Shown one piece after another: positions 11,961-26,133 of a stretch of DNA of 64,000 nucleotides; the first letter of the stretch is position 1, and each line of letters starts with the position of its first letter. The position numbers and the translations under genes were made by a program. Below the pieces are notes generated by a model. It did no database searches, was not told the origin of the DNA, and saw nothing but the letters and a program-made list of their open reading frames with translations. Origin of the DNA: Eledone cirrhosa (Eukaryota); assembly GCA_964016885.1 (NCBI GenBank), contig OZ024741.1, positions 321,222,001 to 321,286,000 of the forward strand, in the 5' to 3' direction.

Positions 11961-12809
11961 CCCCAAATACTAGGACACAAATATACAAGTGGGCGTGTAC
12001 ATAAAAATCTCTGACTGTTATGAAACTGTTTTCACTCACAAAAATAGGTTCTGGTCGACTCAACGGAGATGATTTCTCCCCACACTTTCATCTGGGATTT
12101 TTTCATTTCTTATCTTGTGTGAATATGAAAAAAATATGTAGCGATAGGTAAATTTATTTTCTTTGTTTCTATATGTAGCCGTGCAGCCGATGGAAGCTGT
12201 TCTTCGAAATATGATTCTCTCATATTGATTCTTTCTCGAAGAAAAGATTCATATCGTTTACTAAGCTAGCAAAGGTCACACATACATGCGTAGGTGTTGA
12301 AATGTTTTCGTTTGACATAAATCAGATGTATGTAGCTGTAAAAATATTATTTTCTTATTTTCGTGTTCAAGATTAATATTTTGCTGGGCAATTAAATTAC
12401 TTTCTTTGTGTGTGGACGGGGGGGTAATTACTTATCTGTTGGTGATCAGTGACATTTCGTCCACTCAACTTCTTGGGGAAAGGTGTGGTATGGCCATATT
12501 TGCAAAAAAAAAAGACAAAAAAATGTCTCAAGTGATGAACCTTTCAGGTGTGTCACAAAAATGACATTGTTGGGAACTCCCTTGTTTCTAAAATAATCCC
12601 AAGAAATGTTCAAGTATTCCAAAGCAAATATTTTATAAAAATGTTATTTATTTATGAAATATATAATGTAAATACGGTTTAATAGAAAAAGACAATTTAG
12701 ATTGAGAAGAAAAAATGAAATAGAAAATTCTGAAAATATAAAGGAAAAAAAATGGTAAAGGAAGGGAACTGCAAGGACTCGGTAATGGGGCTGCCCCCCC
12801 CCCCCCCAA

Positions 12810-12995
12810 CCGCGGACAATGAGTAACGACACTCACTGCAATAGCCACCCCACCTCGCGGGGATCCTTCCTCAGACGGGCCGCCGACGTTCCGATCTTGC
12901 GGAGTAGCTCGACAGTACGTGGTCCAAGTATGCCTGGGGTCTCGACGGCGACCGGTGCGATGGATGTCAATGAAATACATCGAAGTCGGTGCTCG
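12810..12995 (-). mobile_element. CRE-clade non-LTR 3' fragment
   Basis: APVAVETPGILGPRTVELLRKIG...DPREVGWLLQ*VSLLIVRG, the typical CRE RLE C-terminus (P.A.ET.G...LQRLS..I.RGN). Confidence 0.7.
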
Positions 12996-14089
12996 TAAAA
13001 ATAATCCCGTTCACATAACGACAGTCAATGATAATTATTTCTTTGCCGAAACATAAAGGACAATACACAGACTGTGGAGATTTACATAAAAACATGTAAT
13101 AAAAGAAAACCGGTGATAGTTGACAATGAATAAATCACAGCAGAATTCCCAATATAAGTATGAGTCACCCAGCGGTAGTTTACGAACTCTACAGATACGA
13201 AGCCACCCTAATCGCCAAGTACACTATAGGAATGTACATATCAACCACCCGAGCCAAATCATCTTCAATGCTGCAATTTACAGTCTCCCAACTAAGTATC
13301 CTTGTAATTAGGATATATTTAATCCCTACGTTGATGGATAACTCCTTTATTCTTGCAGTCGTAGAGACACCGTAGTGACACGCGGTGTATCTTGAGCCTT
13401 TTAAGTCTGGTGGAGACCATCCCTTCTCTATATTTGAACACAGTCGATCTCTTACAGAGAAGGAGGCAGAGAGGGTATATGTTAGAAAAGAATTGAGAAA
13501 GATATATATAGGAAGAATCGGCCCCAATAATAAACGAGTACCTTTAATTATCGCCCTCGAAATGATGCAAGGCAAAGTTGACTTCAGTCGGATTTGAACT
13601 CTCAGTGCAGAGAGCCAGAATGAATACCACAAAACATTCATTCTACCCGGCGTTCTAAATTCTCCACCATTCTACCGTCTTGATGGATATTTCCGGTCTC
13701 TAAAAAGTACAAGCGATATATAAATGGTCACTACATTACATTTTCATTATTTTGATAGCCAATTTCAGCCACGTGACATTTAATTCTTTCGTTTGATTTT
13801 ATTATTTGTTGTTCTCGTTTTTGTTTTTCGTTGTTTCTTTTTTTTTTCTTTTTCTTTCTTTTTCTTGTTAAATTGACATTTTTTACAAATAAGTCTTCTG
13901 GTTCCAGTTATAGACATTACTATTATTTCGTATCCTTTTGACCTTTCTCAGTGGAGCTGAATATGAGCAGCACAAATACTCTTGTCGCTCTCCTCACACC
14001 ACCACACCACCACCAACTCCATAATTATCCCTACAGAGGCTACTTCACTTCTCCTGAGAGCATCGCCGCTTAAATTTCATCTTCACTCA

Positions 14090-14155
<66 letters not shown>

Positions 14156-14182
14156 GTATATATATATATATGTATACATATA

Positions 14183-14222
<40 letters not shown>

Positions 14223-14361
14223 CGAAGGAAATGTGGTAAGGAACCAGGTGGACCATAACGCACCAAAGTACTCAATACTTGAGGTAGTAGAGTGGGTAAT
14301 ATATATATATATGTATATGTGTATATATATGTATATATGTATATATATATATTATATATTA

Positions 14362-14443
<82 letters not shown>

Positions 14444-14570
14444 TGTATATATATATATATATATATATATCGTTTCTGACCCTCCCAAAGTATAACAATA
14501 TATATATATATATTAATATAGAAAAGCTTCCTCAGGACTAGAACTGTTTCATTCGTGAAAAATCATCAGG

Positions 14571-14623
14571 AAGCTTTCTGATGATATCTCACGAATGAAA
14601 CAGTTCTAGTCCTGTAGAAGCTT
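14571..14623 (+). ncRNA. Type I hammerhead ribozyme motif, one arm of a head-to-head palindrome (14513-14634)
   Basis: AAGCUUU-CUGAUGA-uaucucacgaau-GAAAC-AG-uucuaguc-CU-GUA-GAAGCUU gives a 7-bp stem I, stem III ACAG/CUGU and a GUA cleavage triplet. Stem II is weak. The mirror copy has GAG at the triplet. Confidence 0.8.
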
Positions 14624-15389
14624 TTCTATATTAAAACATTTATACTCTCCTATGTATTGAGTACCTTACTTACTGTGGTTACCCCCGGTTCAACCCAGAA
14701 TAACTTATATATATATATATAAGTATTTATTAAAATAACAGATTAAAGTTTAAGCATAGAATCGCTGCTTTCACCCTTAACAGGATCTTCTGAAACTAAA
14801 AAAATCAATCTGTGAACTCAGAAGTAAATATATGTATATATATTAGAAAGAGTCGAAGCCAGACAGCTGAGCCCTTGCCGTTTCGACAGCTTTAATCCTG
14901 ATATAGAGGGGGGGTGAGTGGGAGATAGACAGGAGGCGGTGGGTAGCCTGCTTCGCAGTATTTGTTCCAGATCTCTGTGTTCTAAGTTCAAATTGTACTG
15001 CGGTCAACTTTGCCTTTCATCTTTTTGAGTTCAATACCTAATGAACCAATTCAGTTAGTGCTGGAATGATTTATCTCTTTCATCTATTTCTCGCTTCCTC
15101 TTTCTCGGTCTCTGCCTGTCTCTCTTTCTTTGGAAGAAATCGGCTGTGGTCAGCCATGTAGAGGGAAGGTCTTCGCCAGTTTTTATATGCAAAATTTACA
15201 CTGTATATCATAACGGCACCCCTACAACACACTCGGGAGTTAAGGGCCCATGTAAATCTGTTTGTGTGTGAGTGTGTCTACTCTCTCCACCGATATATCA
15301 TTTCTATGTAGCTATCACCTTTTTGCTACCACAGTAGAGCTAAATCTATATTTCATTTCTCTACCTCCTATTATCACTCACTCTCCCTC

Positions 15390-15428
<39 letters not shown>

Positions 15429-15889
15429 CTATCTCTCTCTATCTATCTATCTATCTATTTATCTCTGTCTCTATCTCTCTCTCCCATTCTCTCTCTTTTT
15501 CCAATTCTCTCTCTCTCTCCCATTCTCTTTCTCCCATTCTCTCTCTCTTTCTCTCTCTCTATCTCTCTCTGTCTCTCTCTCTCTCTCTCTCGTTCTCTCT
15601 CTCATTCTCTCTCTCACTCTTATAATATAATTACCTCTTACTTCCTCTCTCTCATTGTCTTTCCTTTTCTCTTTCACTAAAAATTACGCTTTATTTCTCA
15701 CTGAAGAATTTCGGCTCCTTGTGTACTGAGTTAAAGTCCTGCTATGATATATCTAGGTAGCAGACTTAATTTGTCACACGATTTAAAACCGCTACCTAGC
15801 CATTGACTATAGTAGAACCAAGTACTGTAATGGTATTAAGAGGAATGAGGGGGGGTAGGGGGAGGTTCTCACATACTACCGAAAAAAGA

Positions 15890-16500
15890 AAATCATTTCA
15901 GATTCTAGCTATTTTACAAAGAGAAATTCATCAATAATGCATTTATTGTGACTGTATAGGCAATGAGAATCATAAAACTTCTAAACATTAACACAATAAA
16001 CTAAATAGAAAACTTACTCAATTGAAATTATCGTCTTTTCAATATCTGCAGTTTCATAAATACAGCATTTTACTATTTAATTATAACCTAACATATAGTC
16101 ATTCTTCATAATAGTTTCTATTACTTCCTTCACAGTTGGTATAATAATATCCTTTCAATTGTGTGTGACATTGCTGTTTCTTTTTTGTCAAACGATATAT
16201 TATGAGGCCTTCATTTTCTATCCAAATATGAGCTAGTGACTTAACAAAAGCCATTAAGGTTAGACGTTTTCCAAACCTTTCTTTCAGTGATTCAGTGCTT
16301 TAAAAAAAATGAAATATTTATTCTACTTATCTGAATACATCATTCAAGTTGCTCATTCATCTTTGAAAGCTTCATAGCACCACTTCCAAATGTCTATTCA
16401 TATCGCACTCATAAGTATTGTCATTTTAGTAGTAGAATGAATGAAACCAAATTTGAAATCTTTCTATGAATATTGCCGACATTTCCCCCAATATTTGGAT
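15890..16500 (-). mobile_element. hAT (Buster/Charlie-type) transposase N-terminal remnant
   Basis: KCRQYS*KDFKFGFI..., GAMKLSKMNE..., LKERFGKR..., IIIPTVKEVIETIMK..., CIIDEFLFVK*LES, with many stops. Confidence 0.7.
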
Positions 16501-17275
16501 GTGTGAGTTGCCTCCGGTCACACATTAAATTAATGATTTTATTTCTATTGATGGTTTTCCTCGTGACACCAATTTCTACTCACTTTTTAAATGCCAAAGG
16601 TAGATGGCATGGTTGTAAGAACGTCGGGTAAAATACATTGCACCATTTGTTCCGATAGTCTGCGCTCTGGTAGTTCAAATCTCGCCAAATTTAACTCACC
16701 GTTCACTCTTTTGGCTTCAACATAATAAAGTTCCGGTCCAATGCGGTAAAGTTAGCAAAATCGTTAGAGCTTTGGATGAGATGCCTTACGGTATGTGTTC
16801 CAGGTCTTTATATTTAGAATTCAAATTACACTGTAGCCTACCTAGGCTCTCTGCTGCTTATAGAGGAGCTCACCCTGTGGCAACATCCGAAATAGGTCTC
16901 TAGTTTGAGGATAGCTCCCTTCTACTTGTCACGAATGTTCTAAAAAGGGTCATAAGCCATTCTCTTTCTGACCAACAGATCTGTTATATACCATCTTGTT
17001 TTGTTTCTTTAAGACGGTATAGGAAAGAACAAATGAGAGATACAAAATAACAAATTAGTCACTGGGGAGATGAAAGAATGTGGGACGAAAGAACTTTGAC
17101 AATAAACAAATAAACAACCATCCAGTTATTAAGCTAACTGACTGGAAGTTTATAATAAATTGAAGTGAAAACCAAAAGGTGCCTGTGTTTTTATAACCAG
17201 CATGATCCTCCCAAAGTATAAGAATATCTGTTTCAACACAAGAAACTTTGCAAAACAAATACAAAGACGAAGTAC

Positions 17276-17311
<36 letters not shown>

Positions 17312-17989
17312 AAATGTGTGTGTGTGTTTTTGTGTGAGGTGTGTTTGTGTGCGCGCGCACACACGCTTATATATATGTGTGTGCGTGTGTATATATGTGT
17401 GCTCGCGCGCGTGTGTGTGTGTGTGTGCATGCGTGTGTGTGGAGATTTACACAAATATACATATGAATGATGGATCCACCATCCGTTTATAAAATAACAG
17501 ACACATAGCGTCTGTTGATGCAAGCGACTGATATCCTTCAGTCTCTATATTTTAGCTTCTAGCAGATGATCAAAAGCGAGATTTTTAAAAATCATATAAT
17601 GCTTTTGTTCAACTGCCATGTCGAAAATGCAATGAAATCTTTATCTGGGGGGAATTAGCATAAATTATAGCCAGCAATGAAAACAAGTGAATTCAAAGAC
17701 AAGATTCTAGTTAGAAATAATGGTATCGGTTGGAACTACCTTGGGGGATTTAGTTTTGTCTCTGTTCATTCTAAGATTCAAACCTCGTTAGGATTGGCTT
17801 TGCCTTTCGGGAGTTAATAGAATAAAGTACTAATTAACTTTTTTTCCTTCTTCATATTTCATGTACGTAAGCGGCGAAGATGCTGTCTTGTCCATGTGAT
17901 TTCTCTAAAATGTTTTAACACACCAACGTAGCATAGGCTGTTATAGAATTAATTAACTTGTTACTCTGTGAGGTGTTTTACGTGATTTT

Positions 17990-18020
17990 TGTCACGTAAT
18001 CGTTGCCAAACATGAGCCCA

Positions 18021-18082
<62 letters not shown>

Positions 18083-18258
18083 TCGCTCTCTCTTTCTTCC
18101 TTTCTTTCTCTTCGTGCACCTTTTTCTCTCTCTTTCATTCTCTCTCTCATTCTCGCCATCCACCTCTCTCTCTCTCTTACTTTGTCTCTTTTTCTTGCTC
18201 TCTCTCTCTCTCTTCCTTACTCTCTCTCTCTCTCTATCTTCTTTCTTTTTCTCCATCC

Positions 18259-18292
<34 letters not shown>

Positions 18293-18359
18293 AACATTAT
18301 TTTTGCAGCATGGCTTGAAATGCCTCCTTTTCATAGAATTGATAGCCGGCATCATCATC

Positions 18360-18396
<37 letters not shown>

Positions 18397-19160
18397 CCAC
18401 CATCATCATCGTCTTCATCATCATCATCATCGTCGTCTTCGTCATCATTATCATTACTATGCTGACCATTACTATACAACAGACGAATGCGCTAACAATT
18501 ATTATGGGGGCTAAACATCATTATATTCCCTCTCAAACCTGGCGTTATCGATATAGTTTTATCACCATTATCATCATCCCCATCTTTACTATCATCATCA
18601 TCATTGCCATCTTTACTACTACGATGTATGAACATTAACACCCCGTCAGCAACAGTACCACTACTTCCAACCTCCTGATTACCGCCATAGCTATCTTCAT
18701 AATACTTAACACCATCATTATTCTCAGCATATCACCACCATCGTTGAATGTGTAGGGAAGGGGTTAATTTCTCTCCACACACACACATAAATACACACAC
18801 ACACACATACACACTCAGACACATACACACACATACACACTCACACAACAACAAAAACAACAACAACACAGTAATACGCACACGCAATAACAACACAATA
18901 CACACTCACACACATACACACACATACACACACATTCACACACCTACACACACATACACACACACATATACATACACAACAACAACACAGTATACAAACA
19001 CACAATAACAACACAATACACACTCACACACACATTCACACACAACAAGAACAACACTATATACACACACAACAATAACAACACAATACACACTCACACA
19101 CATACACACACACACATTCACACACACAATGACAACACAATACACACACCGATACATACA
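17990..19160. repeat. Compound microsatellite block (CT)n, (CAT)n, (CA)n; representative of many such tracts in the window
   Basis: Seen directly. Similar tracts lie at 5.2, 10.3, 14.1, 24.1, 28.5, 37.2, 39.5, 41.9, 49.7, 57.2 and 59.7 kb. Confidence 0.95.
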
Positions 19161-20300
19161 TTTTTTTTCTCCCAATAAGTAGTAGAGTGATTGAATTCGA
19201 CATTTTAGCTCGGCCATTTCAACTGGCTTCTCGATAGCAACCATTTGAGGCAACGAAGCTGAAATTCGAAGTCACTGCCACTTTCTACAACAACATCAAC
19301 AACAACAGAAGCAAAAAATATATATAAAAACGAAGAGAAAACTTATTTTCCTTTTTCTTATTCTTTTGAAAAGAACATTATACGAAAAGAAAATTTGATT
19401 AATTAACAGTATTTTGTGAAACGTAAAATATCCTGTGTGGTAGTTTTCACGATAACATTTAGGAAAATAGTCGCCATTACAAAATTTAGTTTAAATTTAA
19501 TCAATGTTTGAAATTTTTGTTTTGTTTTCTTTTTGTTTTTTTTTTTGTGTTTTGCTTTTGTTGTTTTTTTTGTTGTTGTTGTTTTTACTGTTGTTTCTTT
19601 GTCCCCTCTCTTTGTGGAAGAGAACTGGATGGTAGTCAACAAAACGGTAGAGGTGAGACGGCTAGAGGTTGATTATATGTTGTGGGTTCAAATCAGTTGT
19701 AGCACACCGTAAAAAAACTTTTTTGTTTTAACGGACCATTTAGCTGTATAGGTTTCAACGGAGCAGCAACAGATTCAATGCATTTCTGATGGTGAAAGGG
19801 GCAAACGATTGTCTAATTCGGCTGACTAAATACCAAACAAATTATATTTTTTCTAAAGCATTGGTTATTTTTCTTGCTTTTGTTTATTTACTTACAAAAT
19901 AACGCCACACACTTTACATAATATGTAGGGATGAAATATATACACATTGCACACATAAGTTCCGATTCTTTTTGCTTCATTTCGCTTCCATTTTGTGATA
20001 TCGACAGCGCGTATAAAGCAACGGAAACGCTAAATGTAACCATTGATGAAGGTATGAAATTTAAGGACTGGGTATATAATATATGTTTATTTTAATATGT
20101 ATGTATCTGTTTTCTATGCTACACGCTTTACATTATCTAGCTGTAACGCCTATATTTTTATATGAATTTATTGAGAACTCTTGCAAAATATATAGGGGCC
20201 ATTTTTTTTATGTGTGTGTATGAAGAGAGAGAGAAAGTAAGTGAGAAAGTAAAATATAGTTAGGCATAAATGAATAAGCATATTTATTTTATATAGAAAT

Positions 20301-20351
20301 GACTTCTACAGGACCGCAACTGTTTCGATCATATGAAATCATCAGGAATGT
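20301..20351 (-). ncRNA. Type I hammerhead motif, same family as 14.5 kb
   Basis: Minus strand reads acauuc-CUGAUGA-uuucauaugauc-GAAAC-AG-uugcgguc-CU-GUA-gaagu. The core is intact but stems I and II are weak. Confidence 0.7.
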
Positions 20352-20575
20352 TAGATAAGATTGGTAGGATCAAACTAAAGAGAAAACTGTAATAAAAACT
20401 GTACAATAAAGAGAAATAAAGAGAAGGGAAAAATAAGCAACAAAAGAAGGGGGAAAGGGACAGAGAACGACGAACCTTCAATATAATCTATAGTATAATA
20501 AAGGGAGGAGTGCGGGACGGCGTCCGTTTTATATTTTTTTATTCCGTTAGTAAAATAAGTTTGATTACTTTAAAT

Positions 20576-20750
20576 AAATAATTGTTTCTACTTTTGGCAC
20601 AAGGCCAGCAATTATCCAGTACATTACTGGTACTTTATTTTATCGACCCCGTAAGGATGAAAGGCAGAGTTAACCTCGACGGGATTTGAACTCAGACCGT
20701 AAAGGGATGTAACTATGCTAGAAAGCATGGCGTCCAACCCTCTACCGATG
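20576..20750 (-). mobile_element. tRNA-derived SINE (main family)
   Basis: Matches the copies at 9.3-9.7 kb. Another copy lies at ~21205-21400. Confidence 0.85.
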
Positions 20751-21594
20751 AATGAATATTATATGATTTATCTACTAAATTTTGTAACACATGATTAAAC
20801 ATAAATAATTTAATTCAAGATTCACTTCTTTTAAAAGTTTCAAATTTCAACTTCCGGTATATCACCTCCACCACTACCACTTCAACTACCATATATATAT
20901 ATCTAGATAGAGCGAGAAAGAAAAAGTGTGTGAAGAGAGAGATACTGACAGATAGAGTGACTATGTGACAGATATATATATAGAGAGAGTGAAAGAGAAA
21001 GATGAAGAGATTAGGATTTTTTCAACACGCTGACGCGTATGTGTATATGTGTGCGTGTGTGTATGTGCGTGCATGTGTGTGTGTGCATACATTTATATGT
21101 TTGAAGTATAACGTTTAATTTATTTATTCTGAACAACACAGTTTAACTCTTTTTTTTAAACTCATTTGTTGTTACAGGTTTATTCACAGTTGTATAAAAA
21201 ATATAATAATTGTTTCTACTTTTGGCACAAGGCCAGCAATTATCCCAATGCATTACTTGTACTTTATTTTATCAACCCCGTGAGGATGAAAAGCAAAGTT
21301 AACGTCTGCGGGATTTAAACTCAGACCGTAAAGGGCCGTAAAGCATGACGTAAAGGGCTGCAAAGCATGACGTCCGACCTTCTACTGATACTGTCAAATA
21401 TAATAATATAATGCTTACAGAACGAAAACACAAACAAATATTATACAAAGGAAAGAGAAACGAGAAAAAACACACAAGCAGATAATGTACACATGTAGGA
21501 CCACGTGCAACAAAAAGCAGGTGAAAGGGGTGGACAAACGAGTAGCTACCAGAGCAAAAGATAACAATATCGCAAGGAGCATTGGGAAACCTGT

Positions 21595-22000
21595 CTAATC
21601 ATTTTTGAGGCAAGCCAGCACACTCGCAACGTTACCTCGGGTGATGGCGAGGCTGAGGTGCTGTAACAACCAAGCGCCCTCACGAGCATCACCAGTTACC
21701 TCGGTTAGGCGAGCTGCCAGTGAAGATAATAACCTCGCAGTCAGTAGCCCGACTCCTCCAAACGTCTCGAACGTCACTGCTTAGAAAATGTAGTAAGCCG
21801 ACAGATCACGGTATTTTAGGATTTTATTCCGTTCGGCTGCGGATGCAGCAGCTCTCGCCCTTACGGCTGTATCCAGGATGTGGGAAGAAGCAAAAGAGTC
21901 ACTTAACCAGGGCACAGGGTAAGACCGTCAGGTCTTTTCCCATCAATTCTGGACAACCCAGACGGTTTCAAAATTGAGATGTTTGCCCGGGCCAAAGCTC
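21595..22000 (-). mobile_element. CRE-clade non-LTR 3' end (RLE)
   Basis: GLSRIDGKRPDGLTLCP...AAASAAERNKILKYRDL...FETFGGVG...GDAREGAWLLQHLSLAITRGNVASVL. Confidence 0.85.
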
Positions 22001-22084
22001 TTAAGTGGTAATAGGACAGGAGTGTATGTGCACGCGCATGAGTTTTTCGGCATTTTTAAATTAGAGACGCGTGCGTGTGTCATA

Positions 22085-22167
<83 letters not shown>

Positions 22168-22334
22168 ATGTGTCTGTGTGTGTGTGTATGTGTGTGTGTC
22201 ACCGTTTTTAAGTTAGAGATAAATATATGTGTTTATCCTCTTCCTTCCTTTTACACACACATACATTCACACAAACACACACACGGACGGATGGACAGAA
22301 GTCGCTCAAATTTATATACATTTGAGTGGATTTC

Positions 22335-22955
22335 CACTGAAGCAGGTAGACAGATCCAAGTATCTCGGGGCCGTATTCACGAGTGATGGAAGGTAGGAGG
22401 CTGAATTAAGTGCAAGAATCGTAAAAGCTGATGCAATAATGCGCCAACTTCAGTAATCAGAAGTGAGGTAGGTGTAAAAGCCAAACTCACTGTCTTCCTG
22501 GTATTCCTGCGAACGCTTGCCTAGGGTCATGAATTTTGGGTAATGATCGAAAGAATACGATTGCAAGTATAAGCGGCCGAAATGGGGTTCCTCCGAAGGG
22601 TCTTTGGAGTAACTTTAGTCAATAAAGTACATAGCTCAGAGATCAGAGAGTCACTCTTGGTAGAGCCGCTACTTCTCCGGATTGAGAGATGACAGCTCCA
22701 ATGCTATGGACATGTGGTTAGAATGTCTCAGGAAAGAATCGCTGGACAGATGTTACAGACAAAACCATCCGGCAGGAGACCCACAGGTAGACCTCGAGCA
22801 AGATAGTTGGATTACATCCATGAGCTTGGCTGGTCACGCTTTGGGATGCAACTGGATCAGTTAGAGATGTTTGCTACTGACAGACTCGCTGGAAGGAGTG
22901 TTTGAGAAGGCCTCTACACCCACGATCCTCTCAGAAATAAGTGGGTGAAGAAGAT
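22335..22955 (+). mobile_element. RTE-clade Rex3/Expander-like 3' fragment
   Basis: KYLGAVFTSDGR*EAELSARI...AAEMGFLRRVFGVTL...EPLLLRIER*QLQCYGHVVRM. Confidence 0.85.
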
Positions 22956-23778
22956 ATTGTCAATTTACTTTTTAATTTACATATCATATCTCTATATATA
23001 TATATCTGCATATAATACCAATATGCACACTACATATGCTAGCAGAAAACCACCCGGAGGGCGGTTTTCTGCAAGTGTTATATAATTATTAGGAAATGTA
23101 GAAATCTTGTAAGCCCTTTGTAACGAATGTATTAACGTAAATAAGATTAGGGTTTTTAATTCTGAGGAGGTTTTAGTGCATTTTGTACCCAGTTTTACCC
23201 CCAAAGAAGTTGGCATATAATGTTTTCTAGTCAAATAATTAGATGCAGTGAGATTATTAGTCAGACTAGAATATTCATGGTTGAAGTTAATCATCTGTTT
23301 AAACACATAGCTCAGTAGTGTTATGAGAGGAAATTGTTAATTAATTCTTCAATTGTTGCCTAGGGGTTTGAAAGCAAAATCTGAGGTAATTTGGAATTAT
23401 TTCTAACTTGCAACTGAGGTGTTGGGAAGAGACGAATGTAAAGATACAATGGAGTTGGGTGGATGTTAAGGGAGGGAGTATATTTATAAATATTTAATTC
23501 AATTTAATTTAATTTGAGTGTTCAAATCTTTTAGCCGTTGGACAATAAAGGGTCATGACTGCTGCTTAATGTTTCTGTGTTTAATTTTTGTAGAGTTGCT
23601 TCGATATTTATTAATTTTTACATTGTATTCGTTTGCTTCTGTTGTGTGTGCAATAAAAAGAGGGGTTTGGTTTGACAGTTTACTGAGGGTTATGATTAAT
23701 ATTGTGTCAAACTACTGTTAGCCACATGCTGGTAAGATTAGAGAAGGAACAGAAGTTGAACGAATAAATTGAACGAAT

Positions 23779-23863
<85 letters not shown>

Positions 23864-24106
23864 CAATTGTTAGTATGGGAAATATTCGGCGTTTTCAGGC
23901 CTCCCTCCAAATAGTATATGATATATATACATGTGTTTAAAGATTAAAGCAGCGATTCTTTGCTTAAACTTTAATCTGTTATTTTAATAAATATTTGCTC
24001 TAGGGTTCTTATATATTTGAAATATATTTATCGTTATCGAGCCCTCTTTGGATTTTAGTCTTCACATTTATTATTATTACTATATATATATGCGCGTGTG
24101 TATGTA

Positions 24107-24204
<98 letters not shown>

Positions 24205-24280
24205 AAATATATATATATATATATATCATCAAGAGTTGCAGATCAAACTTCTAATCTATACAGCCATGTCAGCGTATATA

Positions 24281-24332
<52 letters not shown>

Positions 24333-24339
24333 TTATATG

Positions 24340-24815
<476 letters not shown>

Positions 24816-24821
24816 GTACAT

Positions 24822-25015
24822 GTATAATCTGAATTTTTCGAATATTAATAATAACATTATGCAAACAAGCCTCAATGTTATAGCCATGTCAGTAGAATGA
24901 ACCCTTCATTCTTGCTCTTGTGTTGGCATGCGAACAGAACAGAATTGAGGCTTGTTTGCATAATTGCAAACGAATCGAATGTTATTATTAATATTCGAAA
25001 AACTCAGATTACATT
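24822..25015. repeat. Inverted repeat
   Basis: taatctgaatttttcgaatattaataataacatt+atgcaaacaagcctcaat is mirrored by attgaggcttgtttgcat...aatgttattattaatattcgaaaaactcagatta. Confidence 0.8.
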
Positions 25016-25161
25016 TATTGTATTCAGCCATGTAGAGCGAAATTTTCTTTTTTATATATGATGGAGAGTCCTGGCTTCTATTTCTAATTCTTCAATTTAA
25101 TTTGTATATCACATTTACAACAACACAGCACGCCATTTCTCATTCATATATATATATATAC

Positions 25162-25364
25162 AGGAAAAGAGTCAGGACCCCGACAGTCGAGCTCCGGCCG
25201 TTTCGACAGCTAGATCCGAACAGTTCGGATCTAGCTGTCGAAACGGCCAGAGCTCAGTCATCGGGATCCTGACTCTTTTCCTATTACCCACTCTACTACC
25301 TTAAGTAGCGAGTACTCTGGTGCATTATGGTCCACCTGGTTCCTTACCACACTTTCTTCGTTCT

Positions 25365-25365
<1 letters not shown>
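25162..25365 (+). repeat. Fold-back PLE-terminal unit containing the 3' half of a hammerhead
   Basis: Palindrome 25162-25282 centred at 25222. Each arm has GAAACGGC...GTC/ATC. The tail 25283-25362 matches 14222-14300 (reverse complement) and 40314-40338. Confidence 0.8.
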
Positions 25366-25407
<42 letters not shown>

Positions 25408-25410
<3 letters not shown>

Positions 25411-25660
25411 GGCACGTGGTTTGTGGTTAAGCTAATCGCCTCACGTGGCTCCAGTCCACTTAGCTGGCAAAAATGAGTCGTACCAGTAATTCTAAGGGCC
25501 AGTTTTGTCACAATCTGTGTTAAGCTGAATCACCCTGAGAGCTACGTTAAGGTTACGCGTGTTTATGGAATGCTCAGCCACTAGCATGTTAATTTCATGA
25601 GCAAGTTGTTCCATTGTGCGTATTAACTGGAACACTCATCGTCATAACCGACGGAATACC
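25408..25660 (+). mobile_element. Second tRNA-derived SINE family, internally deleted
   Basis: The head gaaggcacgtggtttgtggttaag resembles the minus-strand head at 38.8 kb. Confidence 0.55.
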
Positions 25661-25688
25661 GCTAAATATATATATATATTCACACACG

Positions 25689-25742
<54 letters not shown>

Positions 25743-25922
25743 TAAAAAGGAAAAGAAAATGCTGACAAATTTTTCCCACTGAAAAATAGAATAGTTTCAT
25801 TAGGAATAAGTATAAATTATTAATAAGTATTCAGTTTCAGTTTTAGTTTTAAGTTTTTACCGGTTGCGCATTTCTTATGCTTTTCAAAAATAATTTTGAG
25901 ATAGAGTGGTCACACATACACG

Positions 25923-26003
<81 letters not shown>

Positions 26004-26078
26004 ACACACACACATATATATATAGTAATAATAATAAATTTGAAGACTAAAATCCAAATCTGTTATTTTAATAAATAT

Positions 26079-26133
<55 letters not shown>

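Noticed and set aside
12000-12650. Possible DNA-transposase remnant; similar weak hints at 5530-5750 and 23040-23760
   Set aside because: The motifs are too degraded to assign without a profile search.
17055-17103. Hammerhead-like tagtca-CTGGGGA...GAAAGAACTT-tgacaa
   Set aside because: The core and stem II are too mutated to call as a feature, so it is counted only as a possible relic.
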